Position numbers and translations under genes: made by a program. Below the pieces are notes generated by a model. That model was not told the DNA's origin and did no database searches. It saw only the letters and a program-made list of their open reading frames with translations. DNA of 63,087 nucleotides, counting the filler, from Anaerolineae bacterium (GTDB taxonomy: Bacteria > Chloroflexota > Anaerolineae > Epilineales > Epilineaceae), in assembly GCA_029262755.1 (NCBI GenBank). It is 7 parts of 7 records of this genome, joined end to end, with 100 filler letters (N's around TTAATTAATTAA, not from the genome) between each part and the next. Parts side by side here need not be neighbours in the genome. Positions count along the whole stretch, not along the records: positions 1 to 24,170 come from JAJCYU010000407.1; 6 more parts are not named here. One strand, given 5' to 3'. This document shows, piece after piece, positions 8,528-17,755 of the stretch (positions within the stretch are counted from its first letter, which is position 1; every line of letters starts with the position of its first letter).

Positions 8528-10906
8528 GTGCCTATCGATCCCGCCCTGCTCGACATGTTGCTCGTGGGGGCCGTGTTGTTGGGGGCGGTGACGCTCTTCA
8601 TCACCGAGAAGTTGCCGGTCGATGTTGTTGCGCTGCTCGTGCTGGTCTCGCTCGTCGTCCTTGGGCTGGTCGATCCGAACGAGGCCGTGGTCGGCTTCGG
8701 GAACCCGGCGGTCGTGACGATCCTCGCCGTGTTCATCGTCTCCGGCGGGCTGGCCGCGACGGGAATCGCCAACCTCGTCGGGCGCTTCCTGCTGCGGATG
8801 GCGGGCGACGGTGAGCTGCGCTTGCTCGTGTTGATCATGGTCGGCGCCGGCATCTTGTCTGGCTTCATGAACGACATCGGCGTGGCCGCGTTGATGCTGC
8901 CGGTCGTGATGGACATTGCGCGCCGCACCGGACGTCCGCCGTCCAAGCTGCTGATCCCGCTTAGCTTCGCGGCCTTGATGGGCGGCAAGATGACGTTGAT
9001 CGGCACCGCGGCCAACCTGCTGCTCTCCGAAGCGCTGGTCGTCGAGGGGCTGGAGCCCTTCACCCTCTTCGATTTCTTCCCGGTCGGCCTCGTTGCCCTG
9101 ACGGCGGGCGTGGCGTTCATGGCCCTCGTCGGGCGCCACCTGCTGCCGGCAAGGACCTCCGGCTCCGGCGGCGGCGTCGAGGTCGATCTCGCGGACCGCT
9201 ACGGCTTGAGCGACCGGCTGCACATCGTGACCGTGCCGGAGCGCACGCTGCTGGAGGGCACGCCCCTTGCCCGCAGCCGCCTCGGCTCCGCGCTCGATCT
9301 CAACGTCGTCGCGATCCTGCGCGATGGGCGGCTCATGGCCGCGCCGAAGCCCGATACCCAGCTGCGCGGGGGCGACCGACTGCTGGTCGAGGGCGAGCTG
9401 GATCGCTTCCAGCTCTACGTCAGCGCCCATCACCTTATGCCGGGACGGGCGCTGCTCACCGTGGAAGATCTGGCCGCGCACGGTGTCGTCACGGCCTCAG
9501 CCGAAATCGCGGCCGGCGGCGCGCTGGAGGGTCGGACGCTGCTGGACGTGCGATTCCGCCAACGCTACGACGGCGTGATCGTCCTGGCCGTACGCCGCGG
9601 CGAAGAGGTCCTGCGCACGAAGCTCGAGCACGTTTCGCTGCGTGCGGGCGACCTGCTGTTGGTGGAAGGCACGGACACGGCCGTGCACGCCCTCGAAGGA
9701 CGTGCGGCTTTCGGCGCGATCACGCCGGTCGCCCCCTCCCAGCTCAGCGCCGACTGGCATCTGGACGGCCGCTTGATACCCCTCACGGTCAACGAGGGTT
9801 CGGCGTTGGTGGGGCGTACGCTGGAGGAGAGCCGTCTGGGCGATGCCTTCTCGATGGGCGTCATGGGCTTGGTGCGCGACGGCGAGACCCACGTGCTGCT
9901 CTCGCCCGACGAGGTGCTGCGCGAAGGCGACACCTTGCTGGTCAAGACCCGACCGGAGGATCTCGCGGTTGGCCGCGGACTGTCCCACCTGCGCGTGGAG
10001 ACCGGCGCCGTCATCCCCGAGCTCGAGGCTATGGAGGACACGGGTGCCGGGCTGATGGAGGTCGTGCTCAGCCCCTACTCGCGCATGGACGGTAAGACGC
10101 CGCGCGAGATCCGCTTCCGGGACAGATTCGGGGTCAGCCTCCTGGCCGTCTCACGCGGCGGCGAGGTGCTGGACACGAACCGGCGCGATCTCAGCATTCG
10201 CTTCGGCGACGCGCTCCTGCTCTTCGGCCCGCAACGCAAGCTGGGCGCCTTGGCAGAAGAGCCCGACTTCCTTGCGCTAACGGAATCGGCCCAGGCCCAG
10301 CTGCGCGAAGAGAAGGCGCCGCTCGCAGCCGGCATCTTGGCGGCGATGCTCACGGTTGTGATCCTGGGTCTGTTGCCGATCTCGATCGCCGCACTCTCCG
10401 CGGCCGTCGCGATGATTATCACCGGTTGCCTCAAGCCCAGCGAGGTCTACCGTACCGTCGAGTGGCCGGCCATCGTGCTCGTGGCGGGCATGCTGCCCCT
10501 CGGTCTCGCGATGCGCGACACCGGTCTGGCCGAGGTCGCAGCGCGCGCGGTGATCGGAGCGGTGGGCGATCTGGGCCCGTGGGTGATCATGACCGCCATC
10601 TTCTGGCTGACCGTCGCCGCGGCGCAGGTCATCCCCACGGCCGTCGTTGCAGTGCTGATGGCGCCCATCGTGATCGACGCCGCCAACCAAGTGGGCATGT
10701 CGCCCCACGCGCTGCTGATGCTGATGGCGATGGCCGTCTCGTCGAGCTTCATGACGCCCGTCGGCCACGCGGTCAACGTACTCGTGATGGGCCCAGGCGG
10801 CTACACCTTCACCGACTACACTAAGGTCGGCCTACCACTGACCATCGTGATCTTCGTCGCCGTGATGCTCGCGATGCCCGTGTTCTGGCCGTTGATGGCG
10901 CAGTAG
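8528..10906 (+). CDS. SLC13/DASS-family permease with four TrkA-C (RCK_C) domains
   Basis: N- and C-terminal TM blocks with SGFMND, GGKMTLIGTAANL, SSSFMTPVGH.VN..VMGPGGYTF.DY; four central G.TL...R/LAV.RG repeats. Confidence 0.9.
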   Translation: MPIDPALLDMLLVGAVLLGAVTLFITEKLPVDVVALLVLVSLVVLGLVDPNEAVVGFGNPAVVTILAVFIVSGGLAATGIANLVGRFLLRMAGDGELRLLVLIMVGAGILSGFMNDIGVAALMLPVVMDIARRTGRPPSKLLIPLSFAALMGGKMTLIGTAANLLLSEALVVEGLEPFTLFDFFPVGLVALTAGVAFMALVGRHLLPARTSGSGGGVEVDLADRYGLSDRLHIVTVPERTLLEGTPLARSRLGSALDLNVVAILRDGRLMAAPKPDTQLRGGDRLLVEGELDRFQLYVSAHHLMPGRALLTVEDLAAHGVVTASAEIAAGGALEGRTLLDVRFRQRYDGVIVLAVRRGEEVLRTKLEHVSLRAGDLLLVEGTDTAVHALEGRAAFGAITPVAPSQLSADWHLDGRLIPLTVNEGSALVGRTLEESRLGDAFSMGVMGLVRDGETHVLLSPDEVLREGDTLLVKTRPEDLAVGRGLSHLRVETGAVIPELEAMEDTGAGLMEVVLSPYSRMDGKTPREIRFRDRFGVSLLAVSRGGEVLDTNRRDLSIRFGDALLLFGPQRKLGALAEEPDFLALTESAQAQLREEKAPLAAGILAAMLTVVILGLLPISIAALSAAVAMIITGCLKPSEVYRTVEWPAIVLVAGMLPLGLAMRDTGLAEVAARAVIGAVGDLGPWVIMTAIFWLTVAAAQVIPTAVVAVLMAPIVIDAANQVGMSPHALLMLMAMAVSSSFMTPVGHAVNVLVMGPGGYTFTDYTKVGLPLTIVIFVAVMLAMPVFWPLMAQ

Positions 10907-10934
10907 CGCAGCACTCCCCCCGCCCTACCTCACC

Positions 10935-11828
10935 CTACTCGCCCTCGTCGCCCGACCACGCCACCATATCGTCGTCCACGCCCCACGCGGCCAGAACATC
11001 CGCCGCGGCCGTCTCGTCGATCGGAGTGACGCTCGGTTCGCCCGTCGCGATCCAGTACTCGACCTCGGACGAGGGCTTCCAGCCGGCTTCGTCGAGATAG
11101 AGGGCCACCTGCGCCTCATCCGTGCCCAGCATCAGGTAGAGGCCTGCGGGGGCATCGGCCGGGTGGCCGAGGTCTTCGTAGACGTCCGCGAACCAATACA
11201 TCTCCACCGGCTCGCCGCCGCCGAAGTCCTGGCCGACCGCCTCGGCGCCGTGGCGGAGGGCGCGGATTTCCTCGTGGAGGAGGTGGTGCTGTTGCTGAGC
11301 GTGCCACGTGACCGCCGTGTGGAAGCGCAACCGGAACTTGAAGGCGCCCGGTGTGCCGGGGGCGGTCGCGTCGGGGCCGCGGTTCCCTGGCGCGCCGGCC
11401 GCGACGACGGCGTCGATACCGTCCGCGGTCGGCCAGTCGAGGTAGTTGTTGACGCTCAAGACCTCGCAGCCGTCGGCAGCGAGACGCTCCAACGTGTCGT
11501 CGATGGCCTCGGCGTAGCTGGCGTCGGGGAGGATCAAGGCGTAGTCCAGCGCATCGTGGACGGTGCCCGCCACGTCATCGGAGGAAAGCGCGAGGTTGCA
11601 GGCAAGCTTGGCTTCGAGCAGGCGGCGCAACGCGCCCTTGCTGGCGCGCAGGGGGCGGCCTTCAGCAATCACGCCGCCATGCTCCGTGGCGGCCGCGCGC
11701 AACAGCTTGGTGAGCGAAGTCTGTCTCGCGGACGCAGCGTTGGCCAGGTCGCGTGAGACTGTGCGGACGGTGGCGGCGTCCAGCCGACCCGCACCACGCG
11801 GGCGTGCGGCAATCGGGCGCGAGGGCAT
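10935..11828 (-). CDS. Hypothetical protein: degenerate RelA/SpoT-like (nucleotidyltransferase) domain plus acidic C-terminal domain
   Basis: GGAG RBS before ATG 11828; motif order HDALDY..VNNYL..DGID..FRLRFHT..HHLLHEEIR parallels DxLRY..KNYW..YxGIN..FExQFHT..HxLYExxR. Confidence 0.6.
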   Translation of the reverse strand: MPSRPIAARPRGAGRLDAATVRTVSRDLANAASARQTSLTKLLRAAATEHGGVIAEGRPLRASKGALRRLLEAKLACNLALSSDDVAGTVHDALDYALILPDASYAEAIDDTLERLAADGCEVLSVNNYLDWPTADGIDAVVAAGAPGNRGPDATAPGTPGAFKFRLRFHTAVTWHAQQQHHLLHEEIRALRHGAEAVGQDFGGGEPVEMYWFADVYEDLGHPADAPAGLYLMLGTDEAQVALYLDEAGWKPSSEVEYWIATGEPSVTPIDETAAADVLAAWGVDDDMVAWSGDEGE

Positions 11829-11931
11829 GATCATCTCCCGGAGCAAAATGAGGGCTGGCGAGAGGGTAGCACGCGTGCCGATATGCCGATGGGAAACGGA
11901 TCGGATGCGCATTGCGCCCGGAGCGCCGATA

Positions 11932-11980
11932 CCACAACATATGGTAGTGTGAGGGCCAACGCAGCCACCATATCCATGTC
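11932..11980. promoter_or_regulatory. NrdR-box-like operator pair in an AT-richer divergent promoter region
   Basis: CCACAACATATGGTAG at 11932-11947 resembles acaCwAtATaTwGtgt; weaker half-match CCACCATATCCATGTC 33 bp downstream. Confidence 0.3.
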
Positions 11981-12077
11981 TTAAGATAACTTCGCCCAAA
12001 AACTTGGACAATGGGTAGGACCTCGTACGATTGACCCGACCGCGCCGCGTGGCACCCGATCTGGAGGACGCGCCCCG

Positions 12078-13592
12078 ATGACTTTGGCCCCCCCACGCCC
12101 CGACGTCGGGCGTGCCCGGACGACGGGTCCGGATTCCGAGCCCCTGGCCGAGCCCAACGCGAGCGCGCCCCGCCCGCCCGCGCCACCGCCGGAGCACTAT
12201 CAGCGCTACCACATCGACACGCGGCACATGCCCGATCGCGCCGATCTGCCGACCCGCTTCCGGGTTGAGGTCAACCGCTTCGAGCTTGCCAAGCTCCTGT
12301 TCAAGGAGATCCGCGAGTACTGGGGCGATTGGGATGTCGTGCTCAGCCGTCCCTGTGTGTACGGTGTGTTCTCGGGGCCCGTCGGCGGCTTCGCGCCGCG
12401 GCCGCATCTGTGCGTCGGCTGCTTGCGCTGCACGATCCAGCACCCCGAAGCCGTGACGATCCGTCGCAACCCGCAGTGGCAAGCGTGGGGCGACGAGTAC
12501 TTGAAGCCCGCCATGGTCGAGACGTTGCAGCAAGAGGCCGCGCTGGGCGCCGTGCCCGTCAAGGGGCAGGGCTACCGCGGTCGGATGGGCGGCCCCGGCT
12601 GGGACGGCATCTGGACGGACATGAGCGAGATCGTTCGCCCGACGCGCGACGGCATCCATGGTCGCGAAACGATCTCGACCGTCGTCGACCTCGGCGCGAA
12701 GCCGATGTACCTGCGCTTCGACGCCGCTGGCATGCCGGCCGGTGAGACGCCCGCCGTCTCGCAGGTGCAGCTACCGATGGTGCTCGACATGCCGCCCGTC
12801 CACGCGATGACGCCGACGATCGCGGCGATCTGGGCGGCCACGGCCCACGATCTGCAAACCCTCGCCCTGCTGCCGCTGCGCGTGATGCGCGAGGAGGGTC
12901 TCTCCGGTTCGCAGTTGGTGCCGGTGGTGGGTCCCGGCCTCGGTGATCCCGCGGGTCTTGCCGAGCTGGCCCGTGCGCCGCGGATGGTGGAGATCACCGA
13001 TGCTGCGCTCGCCGACGAGGTGCGCGCCGCGGCGCCCGCGGCGCAGGTCGCGCTGCGTCTGCCCTTCGCGCCCGGCTGGCGCGACGCGCTGCTCGGCGCC
13101 ATCGCGCAGGGCCTACGCGTGATCCACCTCACCGCCGATTATCACGGCCGCGGCGACGGCGCCTTCATCCGCGATCTCGTCATCGAGGCCCACACGCTGC
13201 TCGTGGAGCAGGGCCTGCGCGACCAAGTGACCTTGATCGGCGGCGGCGGCGTGGTCATGGCCGAGCACGTGCCCAAGGCGATCATCTGCGGTCTCGACGC
13301 AGTGAGCCTCGACACGCCGCTCTTGCTCGCGCTGCAGTTCCAGCCCGACGGCTCGATGGAGAGCCGAGAGACCGCGCGCTTCGTTGCTCCGCCCGGTTTG
13401 GAAGGCGATACGGACTGGGGTGTGCAGCGTTTGAAGAACCTCTGCTGCGCATGGCGCGACCAACTGCTTGAGATTCTGGGTGCGATGGGCATCCGCGAAG
13501 TGCGGCGTCTGCGCGGCGAGCTCGGGCGCGCGATGTTCCAAGAAGACCTACAACGGGAAGCGTTCGGGGGGATCGATGGCTTCGGCGACTGA
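12078..13592 (+). CDS. Glutamate synthase-related protein: ferredoxin-like N-terminus plus FMN-barrel-like domain
   Basis: PCVYGVF..CVGCLRC; GQGYRG...GPGWDGIWTDMSEIVRPTRDGIHGRE; GGGGVVMAEHVPKAIICGLD; LEILGAMGIREVRRLRGE. Confidence 0.8.
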   Translation: MTLAPPRPDVGRARTTGPDSEPLAEPNASAPRPPAPPPEHYQRYHIDTRHMPDRADLPTRFRVEVNRFELAKLLFKEIREYWGDWDVVLSRPCVYGVFSGPVGGFAPRPHLCVGCLRCTIQHPEAVTIRRNPQWQAWGDEYLKPAMVETLQQEAALGAVPVKGQGYRGRMGGPGWDGIWTDMSEIVRPTRDGIHGRETISTVVDLGAKPMYLRFDAAGMPAGETPAVSQVQLPMVLDMPPVHAMTPTIAAIWAATAHDLQTLALLPLRVMREEGLSGSQLVPVVGPGLGDPAGLAELARAPRMVEITDAALADEVRAAAPAAQVALRLPFAPGWRDALLGAIAQGLRVIHLTADYHGRGDGAFIRDLVIEAHTLLVEQGLRDQVTLIGGGGVVMAEHVPKAIICGLDAVSLDTPLLLALQFQPDGSMESRETARFVAPPGLEGDTDWGVQRLKNLCCAWRDQLLEILGAMGIREVRRLRGELGRAMFQEDLQREAFGGIDGFGD

Positions 13593-14916
13593 AATCAAGG
13601 CGGCCAGCCCTACGCTGGTGGCCAAAGTGACGCACTACTTGCACGACGGCTACCGTGATCGCAGCGCCGGCGTCATCGAAGAGCCGCCCGCCCTGGGTGA
13701 CGCGCGTTGGACCGACCAACTAATCCTGTCCGGCTGGTACATGGCCGAACACGGACACTCCCCGGAGTTCCGCGAGCACCGCACGGGCGCATCCGGCGGC
13801 GGCTTCGACCGACTGCGCTTCAAGTTCGAGCGCGACGCGCTCTTCGCGGCCGACGCCGCCGGCGCAGAGGCCGAATCGGCCCGCGCGGCAGTAGATATGT
13901 CGTTGGTGCTCAACCGGCGCGACACGGCGCGCAAGCTGACCATCAAGGTGCCGTGGTACGGCGGCGGCATGAGCTTCGGCTCCGTGAGCGAGAACGTAAT
14001 GGTCTCGCGCGCCCGCGCTGCAAAGGCGTGGGGCACGCTGACCTGTACGGGGGAGGGCGGCTATCCCGCCGGCCTAAACCCCTACGCCGACCATGTCATT
14101 ACACAGGTCGCCACGGGCCTGTTCGGCGTGCGCGAGGAGACCATCCAAGCGGCGCCCATCGTCGAGTTCAAGTACGCGCAGGGCGCCAAGCCCGGTCTCG
14201 GCGGTCACCTGCTCGGCGACAAATCGACGACCTCCGTGGCCCAGATCCGCGAGAGCGTGCCCTGGGTGTCGCTCTTCTCGCCCTTCCCCTTCCACTCGGT
14301 GTACTCGGTCGAGGACCACAAGAAGCACATCGACTGGGCGCGTACGATCAACCCGGACGCGTTGATCTCCGTCAAGGTCTCGACGCCGACCGATGTGGAT
14401 ATGGTGGCCGTGGGCAGCTACTACGCCGGCGCGCACATCATCCATCTGGACGGCAGCTACGGCGGCACGGGCGCGGCGCCCGAGATCGCCAAGAAGAACA
14501 TCGCGATGCCGATCGAGTACGCGATCCCGCGGGTGCACAAGCACCTGGAGAAGGAGGGGATCCGCGACCAGGTCACGTTGATCGCTTCGGGCGGCATCCG
14601 CACGGCCTTCGACGTGGCCAAGTCCATCGCGTTGGGCGCGGACGGCTGCGTCCTCGGTACCTCCGAGCTGGTGGCCATGGGCTGCACGCGCTGCTCCAAT
14701 TGCGAACGCGGACGCGGCTGCCCCTTCGGCCTGACCACGACCGATCCCGAGCTGCAGGAGTGGGTCCAGCCGGATTGGGGCGCGATGCGCCTGGGCAATA
14801 TGTACGCCGCGTTCGACCGCCAGCTGCGCGAGATCTGCCGCCGCTGTGATCTGCCGAGCATCGCCGCATTACGCGGCCGCACCGACCTGCTGCGCTTCGT
14901 GGCGGAGGGGGAGTGA
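13576..14916 (+). CDS. FMN-binding glutamate synthase family subunit (GltB2-like) with Fe-S cysteine motif
   Basis: GGMSFGSVS, CTGEGG, QVATGLFGV, EFKYAQGAKPGLGGHL, SVKVS, LDGSYGGTGAAP, ASGGIR, CTRCSNCERGRGCPFG; overlaps the upstream stop. Confidence 0.92.
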   Translation: MASATEIKAASPTLVAKVTHYLHDGYRDRSAGVIEEPPALGDARWTDQLILSGWYMAEHGHSPEFREHRTGASGGGFDRLRFKFERDALFAADAAGAEAESARAAVDMSLVLNRRDTARKLTIKVPWYGGGMSFGSVSENVMVSRARAAKAWGTLTCTGEGGYPAGLNPYADHVITQVATGLFGVREETIQAAPIVEFKYAQGAKPGLGGHLLGDKSTTSVAQIRESVPWVSLFSPFPFHSVYSVEDHKKHIDWARTINPDALISVKVSTPTDVDMVAVGSYYAGAHIIHLDGSYGGTGAAPEIAKKNIAMPIEYAIPRVHKHLEKEGIRDQVTLIASGGIRTAFDVAKSIALGADGCVLGTSELVAMGCTRCSNCERGRGCPFGLTTTDPELQEWVQPDWGAMRLGNMYAAFDRQLREICRRCDLPSIAALRGRTDLLRFVAEGE

Positions 14917-17663
14917 TGAGCACGGAATCATGGATTGACGCGGTCAGCGCCGCGCGACGCGCCCTCCCCATCCCCGCGCGCAACCTGCGCGACGAAGCGG
15001 CCGAGGGCGGCTGCGGGGTCATCGGCCTCGCGGCCTCGGTACCGGTGGACGGCAAGCACTTGTTGCGCTCGCTCACCCAGATGCGCAACCGCGGCAACGG
15101 CAAGGGCGGCGGCATCGCGGCCGTCGGTCTGGACGCCGCGTGGCTGGGCGTGGACCCGGCGCTACTCGAGAGCCACGTGCTCCTGGCCGTCGCCTATCTC
15201 GACGCGGACGCCCGCGCGGAAGTCGAGCGCGACCACGTCCACGCCGACTACGACGTCGCGCATTTGCACGAGGTCGCGACGTTGCCCGACTACACCGCCA
15301 TCGAGGGCCTTGAAGTACGCCCGCCCGATGTCGTGCTCTACCTCGTACGGCCCAAAGCGGACCGGCTCGTGGACTTCGCGAGCGGCTTCGCCGCGCCGCA
15401 CGGCGCAAGCCCGAGCGCACGCGAGATCGAAGACGAGTACGTATTCCAAAGCACCTTCCGGCTCAACGTCGAGCACTACGCCGGCGAGCGCGGCAACCGC
15501 GCCTTCGTGCTCTCCCACGGCCGCAACCTGCTCGTGCTCAAGATGGTCGGCTACGCGGACGACGTAATCCGCTGGTACCGCCTCGAAGAGCTCGGCGCCC
15601 ACGTCTGGATCGGCCACCATCGCTACCCCACAAAGGGGCGTGTGTGGCATCCGGGCGGCGCGCACCCCTTCATCGGGGTCAACGAGGCCCTCGTCCACAA
15701 CGGTGACTTCGCCAACTACGCCGCCGTGTGCGACTACCTCGCGCAGCGCGGCCTTCGCCCGCTCTTCCAGACCGACACCGAGGTATCGGCCCAGGTCTTC
15801 GACCTCCACCTGCGCCTCTACGGCTACCCCCTCGAGTACGTCATCGAGTCCCTCGCGCCCACCACGGAGCGCGATTTCACGATGCTGCCCGAGCACAAGC
15901 AGCGCCTATACGAGGCCCTCCAGGCCACCCACATCCACGGCTCGCCCGACGGACCTTGGTTCTTCATCATCGCCCAGTCCCTCAACGAGGCCTGGCGCCT
16001 GATCGGCATCACCGACACGAGCATGCTGCGCCCGCAGGTCTTCGCGCTGCAGGAGGGCGAGGCTCAGATCGCCTTCGCCGCCTCCGAAAAGCAGGTCATC
16101 GATGCCTGCCTGGAGAGCCTGAGCGCGGAAGACCCGCGCTTCTGGCCGCGCGCCGATCGCTACTGGAACGCCCGCGGCGGCAGCCACACCGACGGCGGCG
16201 CCTTCGCATTCTCCGTGGAACCCGACGCGACCTCGCCAAGCGGCCGCCGCCTGGTCTGCGCCGACAAGTTCGGCAACCCGGTCACGCTACCGGCCGACAT
16301 GCCCGCCGCGTTGGCGCAAGGGGCGGGCGGCGGTATGGGCAACGGTGCGGCGAACGGCGCCGGCGAAGGCTCCGGCTCGCTTGTCGCAGGCGGCGGCGGA
16401 TCCGTTGCACACGCGGCTTCGAACGGCAACGGCAACGGCACGGGCAGCGCGCCAGCCTACGCGAATGGCAGCACGGCGCCGAACGAGCGGACCATCGCCG
16501 GCCTACCGGCAGCTAGCTACAGCGCGCTGCAGACGGCACTCGACGGCTTGGTCGCGGACGCGGCCTCCGGCCGGCCGGACGCGCGCTCCGCCGCCATTCT
16601 CGCGATCTCGCGCGTGATCAACGGCTCGCACACCACCGGCGCCCTGCGCCGAAGCAGCGTGCGCACCATGGCCGACGAAGCGCTGGCCGCCGTGTTCGAC
16701 GCGACCCGCACCGCGCCCTGCGACGCGTACCGCGGCTTCAACAAGGCCGATCTTGCTCCCAACGGCGTGCCGGAGTCGGGTCAGGTCCCGGCACCGACCG
16801 ACGAAGCGCAGACCGCGGTCGTCGATGCGCGCGATTTCGATGTCGAGGGCGACGTATCCCTCGCGCGGGCCGTCGTATGGCTGCACCGCGCCGGATGGCG
16901 GCGCCTCCTGCTGCACAGCTGTCGCGGACACCGCTTCATCGGCAGCGGCCTGGGCTCCGAGACGACGGACCTTCACATCGACGTCTACGGCAGCTCAGGC
17001 GATTACCTCGGCTCGGGCATCGACGGCGCCGTGATCGTGGTCCACGGCTCCGCGCAAGACCAGCTCGCCCAGATCCAGAAACGCGGCGAGCTCGTCGTCC
17101 ACGGCGATGTCGGCCAGGCCTTCCTGTACGGCGCCAAGGGCGGCCGTGCCTACGTGCTCGGCAACGCTGCCGGCCGGCCTCTGATCAACGCCGTCGGCCG
17201 CCCGCGGGTGGTCATCAACGGCACGGCGCTGGACTACCTGGCCGAGAGCTTCATGGCCGGCGACCCGCTGCGCGACGGCGGCTTCGTCGTCCTCAACGGA
17301 ATGCGCTGGGACGAGACCGCAGGCTGGCTCTCCCTCGACACGCCCTACCCCGGAGGTAACCTCTTCTCTCTGGCCTCGGGCGGCGCAATCTACGTGCGCG
17401 ACCCCCACCACCGCCTCGGCGAAGATCAGCTCAACGGCGGCGACTTCGCCCGCCTGACCGATGCCGATTGGGCCGTCGTCGAGCCGCTGCTGCAGGAAAA
17501 CGAGCGCCACTTCGGCCTCACCCTCGCACGCCTGCTCACCGTCGACGGCCAAGCACGCCGCCCCGCCGACGTCTACCGCAAGATCCAACCGGCCAAGAAC
17601 AAGGCCTTGCAAGCGGAAGAGGCGTGGGTGGCGTCGGCGGAGGTCGAGCCGGAGGGCGTGTAG
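14916..17663 (+). CDS. Glutamate synthase subunit: class II glutamine amidotransferase (GltB1-like) fused to GXGXG beta-helix (GltB3-like)
   Basis: EGGCGVIG (Ntn cysteine), MRNRGNGKGGG, GHHRYPT, HPF, VHNGDFANY, TDTEV; C-terminal GSSGDYLGSG, GDVGQAFLYGAKGG, LASGGAIYVRD; TGATG overlap with the upstream gene. Confidence 0.9.
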   Translation: MSTESWIDAVSAARRALPIPARNLRDEAAEGGCGVIGLAASVPVDGKHLLRSLTQMRNRGNGKGGGIAAVGLDAAWLGVDPALLESHVLLAVAYLDADARAEVERDHVHADYDVAHLHEVATLPDYTAIEGLEVRPPDVVLYLVRPKADRLVDFASGFAAPHGASPSAREIEDEYVFQSTFRLNVEHYAGERGNRAFVLSHGRNLLVLKMVGYADDVIRWYRLEELGAHVWIGHHRYPTKGRVWHPGGAHPFIGVNEALVHNGDFANYAAVCDYLAQRGLRPLFQTDTEVSAQVFDLHLRLYGYPLEYVIESLAPTTERDFTMLPEHKQRLYEALQATHIHGSPDGPWFFIIAQSLNEAWRLIGITDTSMLRPQVFALQEGEAQIAFAASEKQVIDACLESLSAEDPRFWPRADRYWNARGGSHTDGGAFAFSVEPDATSPSGRRLVCADKFGNPVTLPADMPAALAQGAGGGMGNGAANGAGEGSGSLVAGGGGSVAHAASNGNGNGTGSAPAYANGSTAPNERTIAGLPAASYSALQTALDGLVADAASGRPDARSAAILAISRVINGSHTTGALRRSSVRTMADEALAAVFDATRTAPCDAYRGFNKADLAPNGVPESGQVPAPTDEAQTAVVDARDFDVEGDVSLARAVVWLHRAGWRRLLLHSCRGHRFIGSGLGSETTDLHIDVYGSSGDYLGSGIDGAVIVVHGSAQDQLAQIQKRGELVVHGDVGQAFLYGAKGGRAYVLGNAAGRPLINAVGRPRVVINGTALDYLAESFMAGDPLRDGGFVVLNGMRWDETAGWLSLDTPYPGGNLFSLASGGAIYVRDPHHRLGEDQLNGGDFARLTDADWAVVEPLLQENERHFGLTLARLLTVDGQARRPADVYRKIQPAKNKALQAEEAWVASAEVEPEGV

Positions 17664-17755
17664 GGGAGGTCGTGGGCCAACCCGACGATTGCAGCGGTGG
17701 GAAGACGGCGCTGTAGCGCAGGGCGACCGGTCCGTCTGACGTGGTAGTCTTGCTC

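Noticed and set aside
11829..12659. N-terminal extension of the 574-aa minus-strand ORF 10935..12659
   Set aside because: It is antisense to the glutamate synthase gene and crosses the promoter region; a good RBS and start exist at 11828.
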